A stretch of 63,192 bases of DNA from Sulfuricellaceae bacterium. Its GTDB lineage: Bacteria; Pseudomonadota; Gammaproteobacteria; Burkholderiales; UBA9220. A program made the position numbers and the translations under genes. Where the stretch lies: assembly GCA_050177075.1 (NCBI GenBank), contig JBFXHL010000003.1, positions 1 through 63,192 of the forward strand. The letters run 5' to 3'. The notes beneath the pieces were generated by a model. The model saw only the letters and a program-made list of their open reading frames with translations. It was not told the DNA's origin and did no database searches. Shown one piece after another: positions 37,474 through 48,621 of this stretch (within the stretch, counting starts at the first letter, position 1; each line of letters begins with the position of its first letter).

Positions 37474-37522
37474 AGTATTCTTTCCAGCCATAGTAAACGC
37501 GTATCTTAGCAAGGACAGAAGC

Positions 37523-37837
37523 ATGACCGAAAGCGAATACCATCAGTTGGCCGACGACACGCTGAAGAAAATCGAGGCCACCCTCGACGACACGGACGCC
37601 GACGTGGATTACGACCGGGTGTCGGGCGGGGTGCTGGAAATCCGATTCCGCGACGGAAGCGTCATCGTCATCAATAAACAGACCCCCATGCGGGAGCTGT
37701 GGATCGCCGCCAAGGCCGGCGGCTACCACTACGCCTGGAAAGACGGCGCTTGGCACAACACCCGCGAAGGCGGGGAGTTCCTCGCCGACCTGAGCCGTTT
37801 CGCCAGCGCCCAAGCCGGCGAGACCATTGATTTCTAA
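37523..37837 (+). CDS. cyaY: Frataxin-like iron donor CyaY
   Basis: 104 aa. MTESEYHQLADDTLKKIEATLD...VINKQTPMRELW... Confidence 0.9.
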   Translation: MTESEYHQLADDTLKKIEATLDDTDADVDYDRVSGGVLEIRFRDGSVIVINKQTPMRELWIAAKAGGYHYAWKDGAWHNTREGGEFLADLSRFASAQAGETIDF

Positions 37838-37869
37838 GCCTGCTCAGCGCCCCTTGGGATAAAGGGGAA

Positions 37870-39255
37870 TCAAGCCCTCAGCGCTTCCCGGGCCCGAGCC
37901 ACGGCGGCCCGCACCTGGGCCGGAGCGGTGCCCCCGATATGGCTGCGGGCCGCCAGGGAACCCTCCAGGGTGAGGACGGCAAATATGTCTTCGCCGATCA
38001 AATCGGAAAACTGGCGCAATTCCTCCAGGGACAATTGGGATAGATCGCAGCCTTTCCCCTCGGCGAAACGCACCGCCAGCGCCACGGCTTCGTGGGCGTC
38101 CCGGAAAGGCAGGCCTTTCTTCACCAGGTAATCGGCCAGGTCGGTGGCCGTGGCGAAACCCTGGAACGCCGCGGCGCGCATGGCCTCCTTTTTCACCGTC
38201 ACGCCGCGCATCATGTCGGCATAGATGGTGAGGGTGTCCCGCAGGGTATCGACCGTGTCGAACAGCGGTTCCTTATCTTCCTGGTTGTCCTTGTTGTAAG
38301 CCAGGGGCTGGGACTTCATCAGGGTCAGGAGGGCCATCAGGTGGCCGTTCACCCGGCCGGTCTTGCCGCGGACCAGTTCGGGCACGTCCGGGTTCTTCTT
38401 TTGGGGCATGATGGAGGACCCGGTGCAGAAACGGTCGGCGATGTCGATAAAGCCGAAACGCGGGCTCATCCACAGGATCAGCTCTTCCGACAGGCGCGAC
38501 AGGTGGGTCATCACCAGGGCGGCGGCGGCGGTGAATTCGATGGCGAAGTCCCGGTCGGACACGGCATCCAGGGAATTTTCGCACACCCCGTCGAAACCCA
38601 GCTCCCGCGCCACGCGCTCCCGGTCGATGGGATAGGACGTGCCCGCCAGGGCCGCCGCGCCGAGAGGCAGGCGATTGACTCGCTTGCGGCAGTCCGCGAG
38701 GCGGGCGGCATCCCGCTTGAGCATTTCATAGTAGGCCAGCAGATGGTGGCCGAACGTCACCGGCTGGGCCACCTGGAGGTGGGTAAAGCCGGGCATCACG
38801 GTATCGGCATGGGCCTCGGCCTGGTCGAGAAGGGACAGCTGCAACTCCCGCACCAAGCCCAAAAGATCGTCGATGGCCGCCCGCAAGTAGAGACGTACAT
38901 CGGTGGCCACTTGATCGTTGCGGGAACGGGCGGTATGCAAACGCTTACCCGCATCGCCAACCAGCGTCGTCAGCCGGCGTTCGATATTCATGTGCACATC
39001 TTCCAGGTCTACGGACCATTGGAAGGAGCCGCCACGAACCTCGTCGAGAATTTGTGCCATGCCCTTGCGAATGGCTTCCAGGTCCTCCTCGGACAGCAAG
39101 CCCGCCGCGTTGAGCATGGCCGCATGGGCGAGGGAGCCCTGGATGTCGAATTCCGCCAAGCGCTTGTCGAAGGTCACCGAAGCGGTATAGCGTTTGACCA
39201 ATTCGGACACCGGCTCGGAAAAACGGCCCGACCAGGTTTTGTTCTGTTCTTGCAT
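37870..39255 (-). CDS. argH: Argininosuccinate lyase
   Basis: Trimmed to [15 protein letters not shown]... Motifs [19 protein letters not shown] and [12 protein letters not shown]. Confidence 0.97.
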   Translation of the reverse strand: MQEQNKTWSGRFSEPVSELVKRYTASVTFDKRLAEFDIQGSLAHAAMLNAAGLLSEEDLEAIRKGMAQILDEVRGGSFQWSVDLEDVHMNIERRLTTLVGDAGKRLHTARSRNDQVATDVRLYLRAAIDDLLGLVRELQLSLLDQAEAHADTVMPGFTHLQVAQPVTFGHHLLAYYEMLKRDAARLADCRKRVNRLPLGAAALAGTSYPIDRERVARELGFDGVCENSLDAVSDRDFAIEFTAAAALVMTHLSRLSEELILWMSPRFGFIDIADRFCTGSSIMPQKKNPDVPELVRGKTGRVNGHLMALLTLMKSQPLAYNKDNQEDKEPLFDTVDTLRDTLTIYADMMRGVTVKKEAMRAAAFQGFATATDLADYLVKKGLPFRDAHEAVALAVRFAEGKGCDLSQLSLEELRQFSDLIGEDIFAVLTLEGSLAARSHIGGTAPAQVRAAVARAREALRA

Positions 39256-39280
39256 GGGATTAGTGCCTAAAATCCAGAAA

Positions 39281-40297
39281 ATGCGAAGTATAAAGCAAAA
39301 CCTCCCCGTTACCCTGCCCAACTTCCGCAACCTGGGCATCATGCTGCGCGCCCTGGTCCTGGTGGATGGGATGAGCCTGGCCGCCGCCGTGGTACGCCAC
39401 CAGGAATGGGCGGACATTTGGCAGGACGTGCTGAATTCCTCGGCCATCGTTCAGCCCGTGCTGCTGGCCTCTCTTCTGACGCTTACCTTGCTGCAGCCGT
39501 GGCTCAAGCGCTTGCCGTATCACTTGGGCATCGCCGCCGTCCTGGTTACCGTCCTGACGTTCACCACGTTGGTCGCCGCCACAGGGGAGGCGCTATTCAC
39601 CGGCGGCGGCGTCACCAACCTGCCTTGGGGCCGTTATTGGCTTCTCAGCCTTCTGACGACGGCCGTGACCCTGGCTTATTTTCATCTGCGCAACCGCGCC
39701 CTTTCCCCGGCCATAACCGAGGCCCGCCTGCAGGCCCTCCAGGCCCGCATCCGCCCCCATTTCCTTTTCAACAGCCTGAATGCCGTCCTTTCCCTGGTGC
39801 GCAGCGATCCCCGGCGGGCCGAGGAAACCCTGGAAGATATGGCGGACCTCTTTAGGGTCCTCATGGCGGACAATCGTCATCTCACCACGCTGGACAAGGA
39901 GGTGGCCCTTTGCCGCCAATACCTCAATATCGAGCAGTTGCGCCTCGGCGACCGTCTCTACATCGCCTGGAGCATCGACAAAATGCCCCGGGAGGCCCTA
40001 ATTCCCCCTCTGGTGCTGCAGCCCCTGCTGGAAAATGCCATTTACCACGGCATTGAACCGGCCGAAGCCCCTGGCGAGATCAGCATCAACATCTACCGGA
40101 GCCGGGACCAGGTCCATCTGGTTATCCGCAACCCCTACCTGCAAGAGGGCTCCCACCACGCCGGCAACAAAATGGCCATTGCCAACGTGCGGGAAAGACT
40201 GCAACTTCACTTCGACGCCGAAGCCAGCCTGAGCGCGTCCATCCAGGGGAACAGCTACCAAGTCCACATCACCCTCCCCTACACGACCTCCGAATGA
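39281..40297 (+). CDS. algZ: LytS-type (His_kinase PF06580-like) sensor kinase, AlgZ/FimS ortholog
   Basis: Multi-TM N-terminus. [17 protein letters not shown] and LENAIYHGI motifs. argH-algZ-algR-hemC synteny as in Pseudomonas. Confidence 0.8.
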   Translation: MRSIKQNLPVTLPNFRNLGIMLRALVLVDGMSLAAAVVRHQEWADIWQDVLNSSAIVQPVLLASLLTLTLLQPWLKRLPYHLGIAAVLVTVLTFTTLVAATGEALFTGGGVTNLPWGRYWLLSLLTTAVTLAYFHLRNRALSPAITEARLQALQARIRPHFLFNSLNAVLSLVRSDPRRAEETLEDMADLFRVLMADNRHLTTLDKEVALCRQYLNIEQLRLGDRLYIAWSIDKMPREALIPPLVLQPLLENAIYHGIEPAEAPGEISINIYRSRDQVHLVIRNPYLQEGSHHAGNKMAIANVRERLQLHFDAEASLSASIQGNSYQVHITLPYTTSE

Positions 40298-41034
40298 ACC
40301 CCCTGCGCCTTCTTATCGTGGACGATGAAGCTCCCGCCAGAACCCGCCTCAAGACAGTGGTGGGGGACTGCGCCGCCAACCTGCCCATGACCGTGGCCGG
40401 CGAAGCCGCCAATGGCAGGGAAGCCTTGGATTGGCTGTCTCATCACGAAGCCGACGTGGTCCTGCTGGACATCCGCATGCCGGGCATCAATGGCATCGAT
40501 ACCGCCCGCCACCTGCAAACCCTGCCCCACCCCCCGGCGGTCATTTTCACCACCGCCCACGATGACCACGCCCTTCAGGCCTTCGAGGTAAACGCCATCG
40601 ATTACCTGCTGAAACCGGTACGCAGTGAGCGCCTGCTCGCGGCCCTGCACAAAGCCAGGGCATGGACCTCACGCCAGCAGGAGGGGCTGCGCGCAGCCGC
40701 CCAAAGTCCGCGCAGCCATTTGGGCATTTTCGAGCGGGGGCGCGTTGTGCTTCTGCCGGTCGCGGATATCGTGTTCCTGCGGGCGGAGCAGAAATACGTC
40801 ACCGTTCGCACGGAAAGCGGGGAATACCTGACGGAAGAACCTCTCGTAAAACTGGAAGGGGAATTCGGTAGCCGCTTTCTGCGAATTCACCGCAACTGCT
40901 TGGTCGCCCGGGAGCGCATAGCGCAGTTGGTAAAAATAGCGGATGGCTGGGCCATCGTTCTGCGCGGCATCAGCGAGCATTTGCCGGTCAGCCGCCGCCA
41001 GCTTGCGACGGTCAAGGAAGCCCTGCAGGCCTAG
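40294..41034 (+). CDS. algR: LytTR-family response regulator, AlgR ortholog
   Basis: 246 aa. VLLDIRMPG, PPAVIFTTAHD, LKPVRSERL, KYVTVRT and FLRIHRNCLVARERI all parallel P. aeruginosa AlgR. ATGA overlap with algZ. Confidence 0.85.
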   Translation: MNPLRLLIVDDEAPARTRLKTVVGDCAANLPMTVAGEAANGREALDWLSHHEADVVLLDIRMPGINGIDTARHLQTLPHPPAVIFTTAHDDHALQAFEVNAIDYLLKPVRSERLLAALHKARAWTSRQQEGLRAAAQSPRSHLGIFERGRVVLLPVADIVFLRAEQKYVTVRTESGEYLTEEPLVKLEGEFGSRFLRIHRNCLVARERIAQLVKIADGWAIVLRGISEHLPVSRRQLATVKEALQA

Positions 41035-41085
41035 CCGAGAAACAGCGTTTACTGTTCGATAGCCCTCAATGAGCCGAGGATCCCG

Positions 41086-42150
41086 ATGAGTCAACTGTTC
41101 ACCCCTTTGACCTTGCGCGGGCTTACCCTGCGCAACCGAGTTTTTCTTTCCCCCATGTGCCAGTATTCCGCGAACGAAGGCATGCCTGGGCCATGGCACC
41201 TTGTCCATTACGGCAGCCGGGCCGTGGGCGGCGCGGGTCTGGTGATGGTGGAGGCCACTAGCGTGGTACCCCATGGCCGGATCAGCCCCCACGACCTGGG
41301 CCTTTGGTCCGATGTCCATGCTCGCGCTTTCCGGCCACTGGCGGCGTTCATCAAGGATCAAGGGGCCGCGCCAGCCGTCCAACTGGCCCACGCCGGCCGC
41401 AAAGCCTCCTGCGCGGCTCCCTGGGATGGGGGAGCTCCCCTGATGCCGAACCAGGGGGGCTGGCAGCCCCTGGCACCGAGCCCGCTGCCGTTTTTCGGCC
41501 AGTGCTATGCCCCGAAAGAAATGAGCCTCCAGGGAATCGACGAGGTGGTCGTCCAGTTCGCCGAGGCCGCGCACCGTGCGCGGGAAAGCGGCTTCGACGC
41601 CGTGGAGGTGCACATGGCCCACGGTTACCTGTTACACGAATTTCTCTCTCCCCTGACCAACCGGCGTGAAGACGACTATGGCGGCTCCCTGGAAAACCGC
41701 ATGCGCTTGCCTTTGCGGGTGGCAAAAGCCGTTCGGGACGTGTGGCCGGATGACTTGCCGGTATTGGTGCGCCTGTCGGCGACCGATTGGGTCGAGGGGG
41801 GATGGGATTTACCCCAATCGGTGATGCTGGCGAAGCAACTGAAAGCCCTGGGAATCGACCTCATCGACGTTTCCAGCGGGGGGCTTACCGCCGACGCCCA
41901 GATTCCTTTTGCCCCGGGCTTTCAAACCCCGTTTGCCGCCGCCATCCGCCAGGAGGCCTCCATTGCGGTCGGCACGGTCGGATTGATTACGCGCCCATCC
42001 CAGGCCGAACAGGTGTTGGCCACCCATCAGGCGGACGCTGTCTTCCTGGGACGGGAATTGTTGCGCAATCCCTATTGGCCACTGGAAGCCGCCAAGGAAC
42101 TGGGGGTCGACCCGACGTGGCCGAAACAGTACCAGCGGGCCAAACCCTAG
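41086..42150 (+). CDS. Old-yellow-enzyme-family NADH:flavin oxidoreductase (YqjM/NamA type)
   Basis: 354 aa. NRVFLSPMCQYS, VQLAHAGRKAS and FDAVEVHMAHGYLLHEFLSPLTNRR motifs. Confidence 0.9.
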   Translation: MSQLFTPLTLRGLTLRNRVFLSPMCQYSANEGMPGPWHLVHYGSRAVGGAGLVMVEATSVVPHGRISPHDLGLWSDVHARAFRPLAAFIKDQGAAPAVQLAHAGRKASCAAPWDGGAPLMPNQGGWQPLAPSPLPFFGQCYAPKEMSLQGIDEVVVQFAEAAHRARESGFDAVEVHMAHGYLLHEFLSPLTNRREDDYGGSLENRMRLPLRVAKAVRDVWPDDLPVLVRLSATDWVEGGWDLPQSVMLAKQLKALGIDLIDVSSGGLTADAQIPFAPGFQTPFAAAIRQEASIAVGTVGLITRPSQAEQVLATHQADAVFLGRELLRNPYWPLEAAKELGVDPTWPKQYQRAKP

Positions 42151-42698
42151 CGTTCTTTCGATAAACGGACCTTTTCCACGGCCTCGTCAATCGCGCGGTC
42201 CAAAAACGCCCCGTAGTAATCGGGTGTGCTCACGCCCACCATGGGCTCTCCCACTAGGCGCCCCTCGGCATCGAACATGACCACGGTTGGCGCCAGCTTA
42301 ATCTGGTAGGCCTTGGCGAACTGCCGGTGGCTGGTCCCTTTGCCGGAAAAATCCAGGAGGGGCCGATCGCTGTTGATTTCCACCTGGCGCATCATCACCT
42401 TGCCCTGATAATCGGCATTCCGGCTCATGGGCAGGAGGAAGTCGTTAAGGACCAGCTTGCAATAGGGGCACGCGGAGGTGCCGAACATGATCAGGAGGGG
42501 GATTTTTTTCTCCTTGGCCACCATGCCGTCGGCGTGCAAATCCCGCGCCAGTGGTACGCCTTCCCCGCCATGGGCCGCCGTCACGCCCAGAAAGAACCAT
42601 GCTAGAATACCTCCCAAAGCGCCGAGCCGCCGAACAGCCCTAACCAAGCGGGGTTTCACGTGGAACCATTCAACAGCGGCAGGCATACCTTTCTCCAT
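42147..42698 (-). CDS. Thioredoxin-fold protein with a CPYC motif (exported; start 42698 or 42686)
   Basis: Track ORF trimmed because its 5' part overlaps hemC on the opposite strand. TM/signal segment GALGGILAWFFLGVTAA, and redox motif GTSACPYCK. Confidence 0.7.
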   Translation of the reverse strand: MEKGMPAAVEWFHVKPRLVRAVRRLGALGGILAWFFLGVTAAHGGEGVPLARDLHADGMVAKEKKIPLLIMFGTSACPYCKLVLNDFLLPMSRNADYQGKVMMRQVEINSDRPLLDFSGKGTSHRQFAKAYQIKLAPTVVMFDAEGRLVGEPMVGVSTPDYYGAFLDRAIDEAVEKVRLSKER

Positions 42699-42723
42699 TG
42701 TCAGAACTCTGTAAGGACTCGCT

Positions 42724-43665
42724 TTGAATACGGCAATCCCCGGCGGTCTCGCCGGCATCACCATCGCCACGCGGGAAAGCGCCCTGGCCATGTGGCAGGC
42801 GGAATACATCCAGCGCCGGCTGCAGGAATTATATCCCCAATTGAAGGTTTCCTTGTTGGGCATGACCACCACCGGCGACCAGATCCTGAACTCTCCCCTG
42901 AGCAAAATCGGCGGCAAGGGTCTTTTCGTCAAAGAGCTGGAAATCGCCATGGAAGAGGGGAGAGCGGACATTGCCGTGCATTCCATGAAAGACGTGCCCA
43001 TGGTGCTGCCCCAAGGCTTCATTCTGGCGGCCACCGGCGAGCGCGAAGACCCAAGGGATGCCTTCGTTTCGAACGAATTCCGCTCTCTCGAGGAATTGCC
43101 GCCGGGCAGCGTGGTCGGCACTTCCAGCCTGCGGCGCCAGTGCCAGCTGAAAGCCCGCTTCCCTCAGCTGCGGGTGGAAACCCTGCGGGGCAACGTGCAA
43201 ACCCGCCTGCGCAAACTGGATGAAGGACAATATTCCGCCATCCTGCTTGCCGCTGCCGGTCTCAAGCGCCTTGGCCTCGCCGCCAGAATTACTGCCGTTC
43301 TGCCCCCTGAAGAATCCCTGCCGGCCGTCGGGCAGGGCGCCCTGGGCATAGAGTGCCGGGATGGCCGCCCCGAGTTGGTGGAGCTCCTCGCCCCCCTCAA
43401 CCATCCTGCCACCGAGGCTTGCGTGAAAGCGGAGCGGGCCTTCAGCCGCGCGTTGAACGGCAGCTGCCAAGTCCCCCTCGGGGGGTTCGCTGAAATCCAC
43501 GACGGCCTCCTCAAGCTGCGCGGTTTCGTCGCCTCTCTCGACGGCTCACGGATGATTCGCGACGAAATCGCCGGCGCCCCTGCCCAGGCCGAAGAGCTGG
43601 GTAGCCGCCTGGCCGAGAGGCTGATTGCCTCCGGCGCGGCGGAAATTCTGGCGGAGCTCGCCTGA
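42724..43665 (+). CDS. hemC: Porphobilinogen deaminase (hydroxymethylbilane synthase)
   Basis: 313 aa. [34 protein letters not shown] and [11 protein letters not shown]. Confidence 0.97.
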   Translation: MNTAIPGGLAGITIATRESALAMWQAEYIQRRLQELYPQLKVSLLGMTTTGDQILNSPLSKIGGKGLFVKELEIAMEEGRADIAVHSMKDVPMVLPQGFILAATGEREDPRDAFVSNEFRSLEELPPGSVVGTSSLRRQCQLKARFPQLRVETLRGNVQTRLRKLDEGQYSAILLAAAGLKRLGLAARITAVLPPEESLPAVGQGALGIECRDGRPELVELLAPLNHPATEACVKAERAFSRALNGSCQVPLGGFAEIHDGLLKLRGFVASLDGSRMIRDEIAGAPAQAEELGSRLAERLIASGAAEILAELA

Positions 43666-43674
43666 TTTGGCGGT

Positions 43675-44460
43675 ATGGCAAATCAACCCCTTGCAGGCAT
43701 CGGCATCTTGGTCACCCGGCCCAAAGAACAGGCCGGGCACCTATCTCAATTGATTGAAGACGCGGGGGGAAGGGCTATCCTTTTCCCTGCCCTGGAAATA
43801 CAGCCGGTGGCTGAAACCGCCGCCCTGACGGAATTGATCGACCGGCTGGAAGAATTCGACTGGGCCATCTTCGTCAGCCCGACGGCCGTGGACAAAGCCA
43901 TGAACCTCATCCGTTCAAGGCGCGCGTTGCCCCCCGGCCTGAAAATTGCCGCCGTCGGCAAGGGCAGTGCCCGCGCATTGAAACAATTCGGGATCCAGGA
44001 CGTTCTCGCCCCGCGCCACGGCTCGGATAGCGCCGCCCTGTTGCAAGAACCCCTGCTGGAGCACGTCGGCCGACAGAAAATCGTCATTTTCCGCGGCGAA
44101 GGCGGCCGGGAGGAACTCGGTGAAACCCTGAGAGCGCGGGGCGCTGAAGTTTCCCTTGGCGAATGCTACCGCCGAACCTGCCCGGACGCCAACGTGACCC
44201 CGCTGCTGCAAAGCTGGGCCCGGGGGGAAATCGACGCCGTTACCGTTACCAGCCGGGAAGCCCTGCACAACCTGTTTGATTTGTTGGGCAAGCTTGGGCA
44301 ACAATGGCTGAAATCCACGCCCCTGTTCACCATCCACGCAAGGATCGGCGCGGCGGCGAAGGAGCTCGGCATCTCGCAGGTGCACGTGACGGAAACAGGT
44401 GACGCGGGCCTAGTAAACAGCCTAATCCTTTGGTTCGAAACCGGAAAAAATCATGAATAG
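43675..44460 (+). CDS. hemD: Uroporphyrinogen-III synthase
   Basis: 261 aa with a HemD-like fold, directly after hemC. Confidence 0.88.
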   Translation: MANQPLAGIGILVTRPKEQAGHLSQLIEDAGGRAILFPALEIQPVAETAALTELIDRLEEFDWAIFVSPTAVDKAMNLIRSRRALPPGLKIAAVGKGSARALKQFGIQDVLAPRHGSDSAALLQEPLLEHVGRQKIVIFRGEGGREELGETLRARGAEVSLGECYRRTCPDANVTPLLQSWARGEIDAVTVTSREALHNLFDLLGKLGQQWLKSTPLFTIHARIGAAAKELGISQVHVTETGDAGLVNSLILWFETGKNHE

Positions 44461-45520
44461 TGCGCAGGAACAACCACAAGCTCCCGCTACTGAAACACCG
44501 CCCCCAGCGGCGCCGCCCCCCTCCGCGCCCCTGGGAAGAGGTTTTAATGCCGGTCTGGTGGTCGCGGTTGCCGCTTTGGCCGTTTCGGGTTGGGTCTGGC
44601 TGGATAGCCGCCAGACGCTGCATTCCATGCAGGAAGAGATGGCCAAGCACCTGAGCGAAATGGACAACCGCAACAAGGAGGGGCGCATTCTGGCCGGCCA
44701 AGCCCAGGAAGGCACCCGGGAAGCCCTGGTAAAGCTCGGCGTATTGGAAAGCAAGGTTGCCGACTCTCAAAGCCAGCAGATTGCCCTGGAAGCGCTATAT
44801 CAGGAAATGTCCCGCAGCAGGGATGAGTGGGCCCTAGCCGAAGTTGAACAAACTCTGCTCACCGCCAGCGAGCAGCTACAATTGGCCGGGAACGTAAAAG
44901 CGGCCCTCATCGCCCTCCAGACGGCCGATAGCCGCTTGGCCCGTCTGGACCGGCCCCAGCTGCTACCCGTCCGCAAAGCCATTGCCCAGGATATTCAACG
45001 CCTGCAGGCCGTGCCTTTTGTCGACGTTCCGGGCATCAGCCTCCGCCTCGACAACCTGGCCGCCTCGATCAACGACCTTCCATTGGCGCTGGATCATATC
45101 CCCAGCCCCCCGGCGGCAAGCGCGCCGAAGAATGCCGCTCCGGAAGGCTTTTTGGCCAAAATCGCGCGAGAAGCCCGGGAGGATTTTTTCCATCTGGTGC
45201 GCATCCAGCGGATGGAAAATCCCGCCGCGCCGTTGCTCAGTCCCTCCCAAGCAATCTATTTGCGCGAAAACCTCCGCCTGCGCTTGCTTTCCGCCCGTCT
45301 TGCCCTGCTTCAGCATGACGAGTCGAGCTATCGGAGCGACCTGCGCGCCGTGGAAAGCGCGCTTAACCGTTATTTCGACACCAAAGCGAAAGCCACCCGT
45401 ACCGCCCTGGAGAGCCTCAAGCAGCTCAGCGCCACGTCGGTCACCGTGGCGCTGCCCGATCTCTCCGCCAGTCTCAGCGCGGTCCGCTCGCAAAAAGCGG
45501 CGAGGGGAGGAGGCCGGTGA
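44453..45520 (+). CDS. hemX: HemX-like membrane protein
   Basis: 355 aa. Pro/Ala-rich N-terminus, one TM helix and a coiled-coil periplasmic part. Position between hemD and hemY. Confidence 0.8.
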   Translation: MNSAQEQPQAPATETPPPAAPPPSAPLGRGFNAGLVVAVAALAVSGWVWLDSRQTLHSMQEEMAKHLSEMDNRNKEGRILAGQAQEGTREALVKLGVLESKVADSQSQQIALEALYQEMSRSRDEWALAEVEQTLLTASEQLQLAGNVKAALIALQTADSRLARLDRPQLLPVRKAIAQDIQRLQAVPFVDVPGISLRLDNLAASINDLPLALDHIPSPPAASAPKNAAPEGFLAKIAREAREDFFHLVRIQRMENPAAPLLSPSQAIYLRENLRLRLLSARLALLQHDESSYRSDLRAVESALNRYFDTKAKATRTALESLKQLSATSVTVALPDLSASLSAVRSQKAARGGGR

Positions 45521-46701
45521 GGATACTGTTCTGGATACTGGCTGGCCTATCCCTGGCCGTTGGCCTGACGCTGGCCGCCAAGTACAACACGGGCATGGTT
45601 CTCTTGGCTTTGCCGCCCTATCGGGCTGAGCTATCCCTCAACCTGTTTCTGTTGCTGTCCCTCGGCTTGTTTTTGCTGCTGTATGGCGCAGTCCGACTGG
45701 CCTACCACATGGTCACGCTGCCGGCCTATGTGCGCAAGTTCAAGGAATCCCGCCGCCAGAAGCGGGCGCGCGAGTCTTTCGAAGACGCACTGACGGCTTT
45801 CTTCGAGGGCCGCTTCGCCATGGCCGAGAAAAATGCCGCTTCTGCCTACGCCCAGGGAGAACTGCCGGTCATCAGCGCAATCCTGGCTGCCCGCGCCGCC
45901 CATGAGCAGCACAACTTCGACCGTCGGGACGCCTATCTTGCCCAGGCCGAACGGCAGGAGGAGGGGCAGCAGACCATTACCCGCCTCATCACCCAAGCAG
46001 AACTGTTGCTGGACGAACGCCGGCCGCAATCCGCCCTGACCGTCCTGCGGGAACTGGAAAAACTGGGGCGCAAGCATTCTCATGTGCTGCGCCTCGAGCT
46101 GAAAATCCAGCAGCAGGCCAAGAACTGGGATCAGGTCCCTCCCTTGGTGAACCAATTGGTAAAACGCGATGCGCTGGATTCCGGGCAAGCCGAGCAATTG
46201 CTGGTAAACGCTTACAGTGAATCCCTCAAACGCAAAGCCCATGAAGGCCATGTGTTGCGGGAGTTTTGGAGCAAAATCCCGGGCGATTACCGCCTGAACA
46301 GCAAGGTGGCCCTGCAGGGCGCCCGCGCGTTTGTGATCGCGGGTGACCACCAAACCGCCTTCGAGATCGTCATCAAGAGCCTGGAAACCAAATGGGATAC
46401 GGATCTGGCCCACATCTACGGCACCTGTTTCGCCAAGGACGTGTTGAAACAGATTGAGCGCGCTGAGAACTGGCTGCAGGAACACCCCAAAGACGCGGCG
46501 TTGCTGCTTTCCCTGGCCCGTCTGTGCGCCAAGCAGGAATTGTGGGGCAAGGCCCGCAGTTTCCTGGAAGCAAGCCTGGCCGTGGACCCCAGCGCTGAAT
46601 CCCATTTGCTGATGGCCCAACTCTTGGAAAAACTCCACAAGCCGGAAGAAGCTTGCCAGCACTACCGGCAAAGCCTGGAGCTTTGCCGGCAGGAAACTTG
46701 A
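45517..46701 (+). CDS. hemY: HemY-like TPR membrane protein
   Basis: 394 aa with two N-terminal TM helices and TPR repeats. GTG start overlaps the hemX stop. Confidence 0.8.
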   Translation: MRILFWILAGLSLAVGLTLAAKYNTGMVLLALPPYRAELSLNLFLLLSLGLFLLLYGAVRLAYHMVTLPAYVRKFKESRRQKRARESFEDALTAFFEGRFAMAEKNAASAYAQGELPVISAILAARAAHEQHNFDRRDAYLAQAERQEEGQQTITRLITQAELLLDERRPQSALTVLRELEKLGRKHSHVLRLELKIQQQAKNWDQVPPLVNQLVKRDALDSGQAEQLLVNAYSESLKRKAHEGHVLREFWSKIPGDYRLNSKVALQGARAFVIAGDHQTAFEIVIKSLETKWDTDLAHIYGTCFAKDVLKQIERAENWLQEHPKDAALLLSLARLCAKQELWGKARSFLEASLAVDPSAESHLLMAQLLEKLHKPEEACQHYRQSLELCRQET

Positions 46702-46705
46702 GCGG

Positions 46706-47725
46706 CTACTTTTTGGCCGCGACGTAGAAGGCGTCGGAAAAGAACTGGTCTTCCGGCAAGGAACGCTCCGCGATGAAGCTGCTGTGCGCCACCTCTACCA
46801 TGGCGGGGGCGCCGCAGGCATAGACCTGGTAGTCGCTAAGGTCGGCAAAATCGTCCATGACCGCCTGGTGGACCAAACCGGTACGTCCGCTCCAGTTATC
46901 TTCCGGCCGCGGCTCGGACAGGACCGGCACAAATCGGAAATTGGGCCTTTCTTTTTCCCAGGACTCCGGCAATTCAGCCATGTAAATATCCTTGCGGCTG
47001 CGGGCCCCCCAGTAAAGCACCATTTCCCGCTTCGAGCCGTGATGGAATGCATGTTCCACCATGGCCTTAATCGGGGCAAAACCGGTACCGCTGGCCAGCA
47101 GGATGATGGGCTTGTCACTGTCCTCCTGCAGGAAAAAGCTCCCGAGGGGGCCCTCGAAGCGCAGGATGTCTTTTTCGTGCATCGCCGTGAAAACATATTC
47201 GGTAAAGACCCCGCCGGGAAGGTGGCGCACATGAAGCTGAAGGTAAGCGTCGTCATGAGGCGCATTGGCAAGGGAAAAACTGCGGCGCTTGCCGTCCTTC
47301 ATCAGAATGTCGATATATTGCCCGGCGAGAAACTGCAGGCGTTCGTTGGCCGGCAATTTCAAGTACAGAACCGCCACATCATCCGCGGGACGCTCGATTT
47401 TTTCCACCCGGCAAGGCATGGTTCGCACCTGGATGTCCTTGGCGGCACCGATTTCTTTCGCCTCGATGACCAAGTCTGACTGGGCCCGGGCACAGCAAAA
47501 CAAGGCCAAGCCTTGCCTTTTTTCTTCATCACTGAGGGCGTGGGGCTGGTAATCACCGTAATCCAGGCTGCCTTCCAGCACCTTGCCTTTGCAGGCCCCG
47601 CAAGCGCCGTTGCGGCAGCCGTAGGGAAATGCGAAACCCTCCCGCAGCGCAGCGTCTAAAAGGGTTTCGTCTTGGTTGACATGGAAAGTATGATTGCTGG
47701 GTTTAATGGTTACGGTGTGGCTCAT
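46706..47725 (-). CDS. 2Fe-2S ferredoxin / FAD / NAD(P)H oxidoreductase (CDP-6-deoxy-glucoseen reductase-like family)
   Basis: Trimmed to MSHTVTIKPSNHTF... CRNGACGACKG cluster motif, RSFSLAN FAD motif, and GTGFAP NAD motif. Confidence 0.85.
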   Translation of the reverse strand: MSHTVTIKPSNHTFHVNQDETLLDAALREGFAFPYGCRNGACGACKGKVLEGSLDYGDYQPHALSDEEKRQGLALFCCARAQSDLVIEAKEIGAAKDIQVRTMPCRVEKIERPADDVAVLYLKLPANERLQFLAGQYIDILMKDGKRRSFSLANAPHDDAYLQLHVRHLPGGVFTEYVFTAMHEKDILRFEGPLGSFFLQEDSDKPIILLASGTGFAPIKAMVEHAFHHGSKREMVLYWGARSRKDIYMAELPESWEKERPNFRFVPVLSEPRPEDNWSGRTGLVHQAVMDDFADLSDYQVYACGAPAMVEVAHSSFIAERSLPEDQFFSDAFYVAAKK

Positions 47726-47766
47726 AAGCTTCTTTCTCTGCCTTGTTTTAGGTCTAAACTTTTCCC

Positions 47767-48621
47767 ATGAAACGTATATTGATAGTCGGCAGCGGTGATA
47801 TCGCCAAGCGGGCAGCACCACTACTGTGCGAAAAGGGTTTCCATTTGTTCGCCTTGACCAGGGACCCCGCCCACGCCGTAGAGCTCCGCGCTATGGGCAT
47901 CAAACCGGTAATTGGCGATTTGGATGATTGGCGCAGCCTTAACCGAATCAAAGGGCTTGCCCAATGGGTACTTCATTTCGCCCCTCCCCCCAAGGAAGGT
48001 GAAACGGACCCGCGAACCCGTAGGTTGCTGGCCGTTTTGGGCAAAAGCTTACCACAGCGCTTGGTTTATATCAGCACTAGCGGCGTTTACGGTAACTGCC
48101 AGGGAGAAGAGGTCCTTGAGACGCGGCCCGTGCAGCCCCATACCGCCCGCGCCAAGAGACGGCGGGATGCCGAGGTCGGCTTACGCGCGTGGGCACGGCG
48201 TAATGGTGTCCACCTGAGCATTCTTCGCGTTGCCGGCATATACGCAAGGGAACGCCTTCCTCTGGAGCGCCTGCGCAAACAATTGCCGGTATTGATGGAG
48301 GACCAGGACAGTTTCGTGAATCATATCCATGCCGACGATTTGGCCCGCATCGCCTGTCTTTCCCTTTTTCGCGCTCGCACGGGGCGGGTTTACAATGTGG
48401 CGGACAATCAGCCCATGAAAATGGGAACATGGTTCGATTTTCTTGCCGAGCGTTTTGCTCTTCCCAAGCCGCCCCGTATTCCCAGGTCAGAGGCCTCTCG
48501 GCATTTGCCCGAAAGCTTGCTGTCTTTTGTCGATGAATCGCGGCGCCTTGTTAATTCGCGCCTTAAACGGGAACTCCGTTTTCGTTTCCGCTACTCCAGC
48601 CCCGAGGAGGCCTTGGGTTAG
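47767..48621 (+). CDS. NAD-dependent epimerase/dehydratase-family (SDR) protein
   Basis: 284 aa. [15 protein letters not shown] Rossmann motif, plus YISTSGVYG. Confidence 0.75.
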   Translation: MKRILIVGSGDIAKRAAPLLCEKGFHLFALTRDPAHAVELRAMGIKPVIGDLDDWRSLNRIKGLAQWVLHFAPPPKEGETDPRTRRLLAVLGKSLPQRLVYISTSGVYGNCQGEEVLETRPVQPHTARAKRRRDAEVGLRAWARRNGVHLSILRVAGIYARERLPLERLRKQLPVLMEDQDSFVNHIHADDLARIACLSLFRARTGRVYNVADNQPMKMGTWFDFLAERFALPKPPRIPRSEASRHLPESLLSFVDESRRLVNSRLKRELRFRFRYSSPEEALG

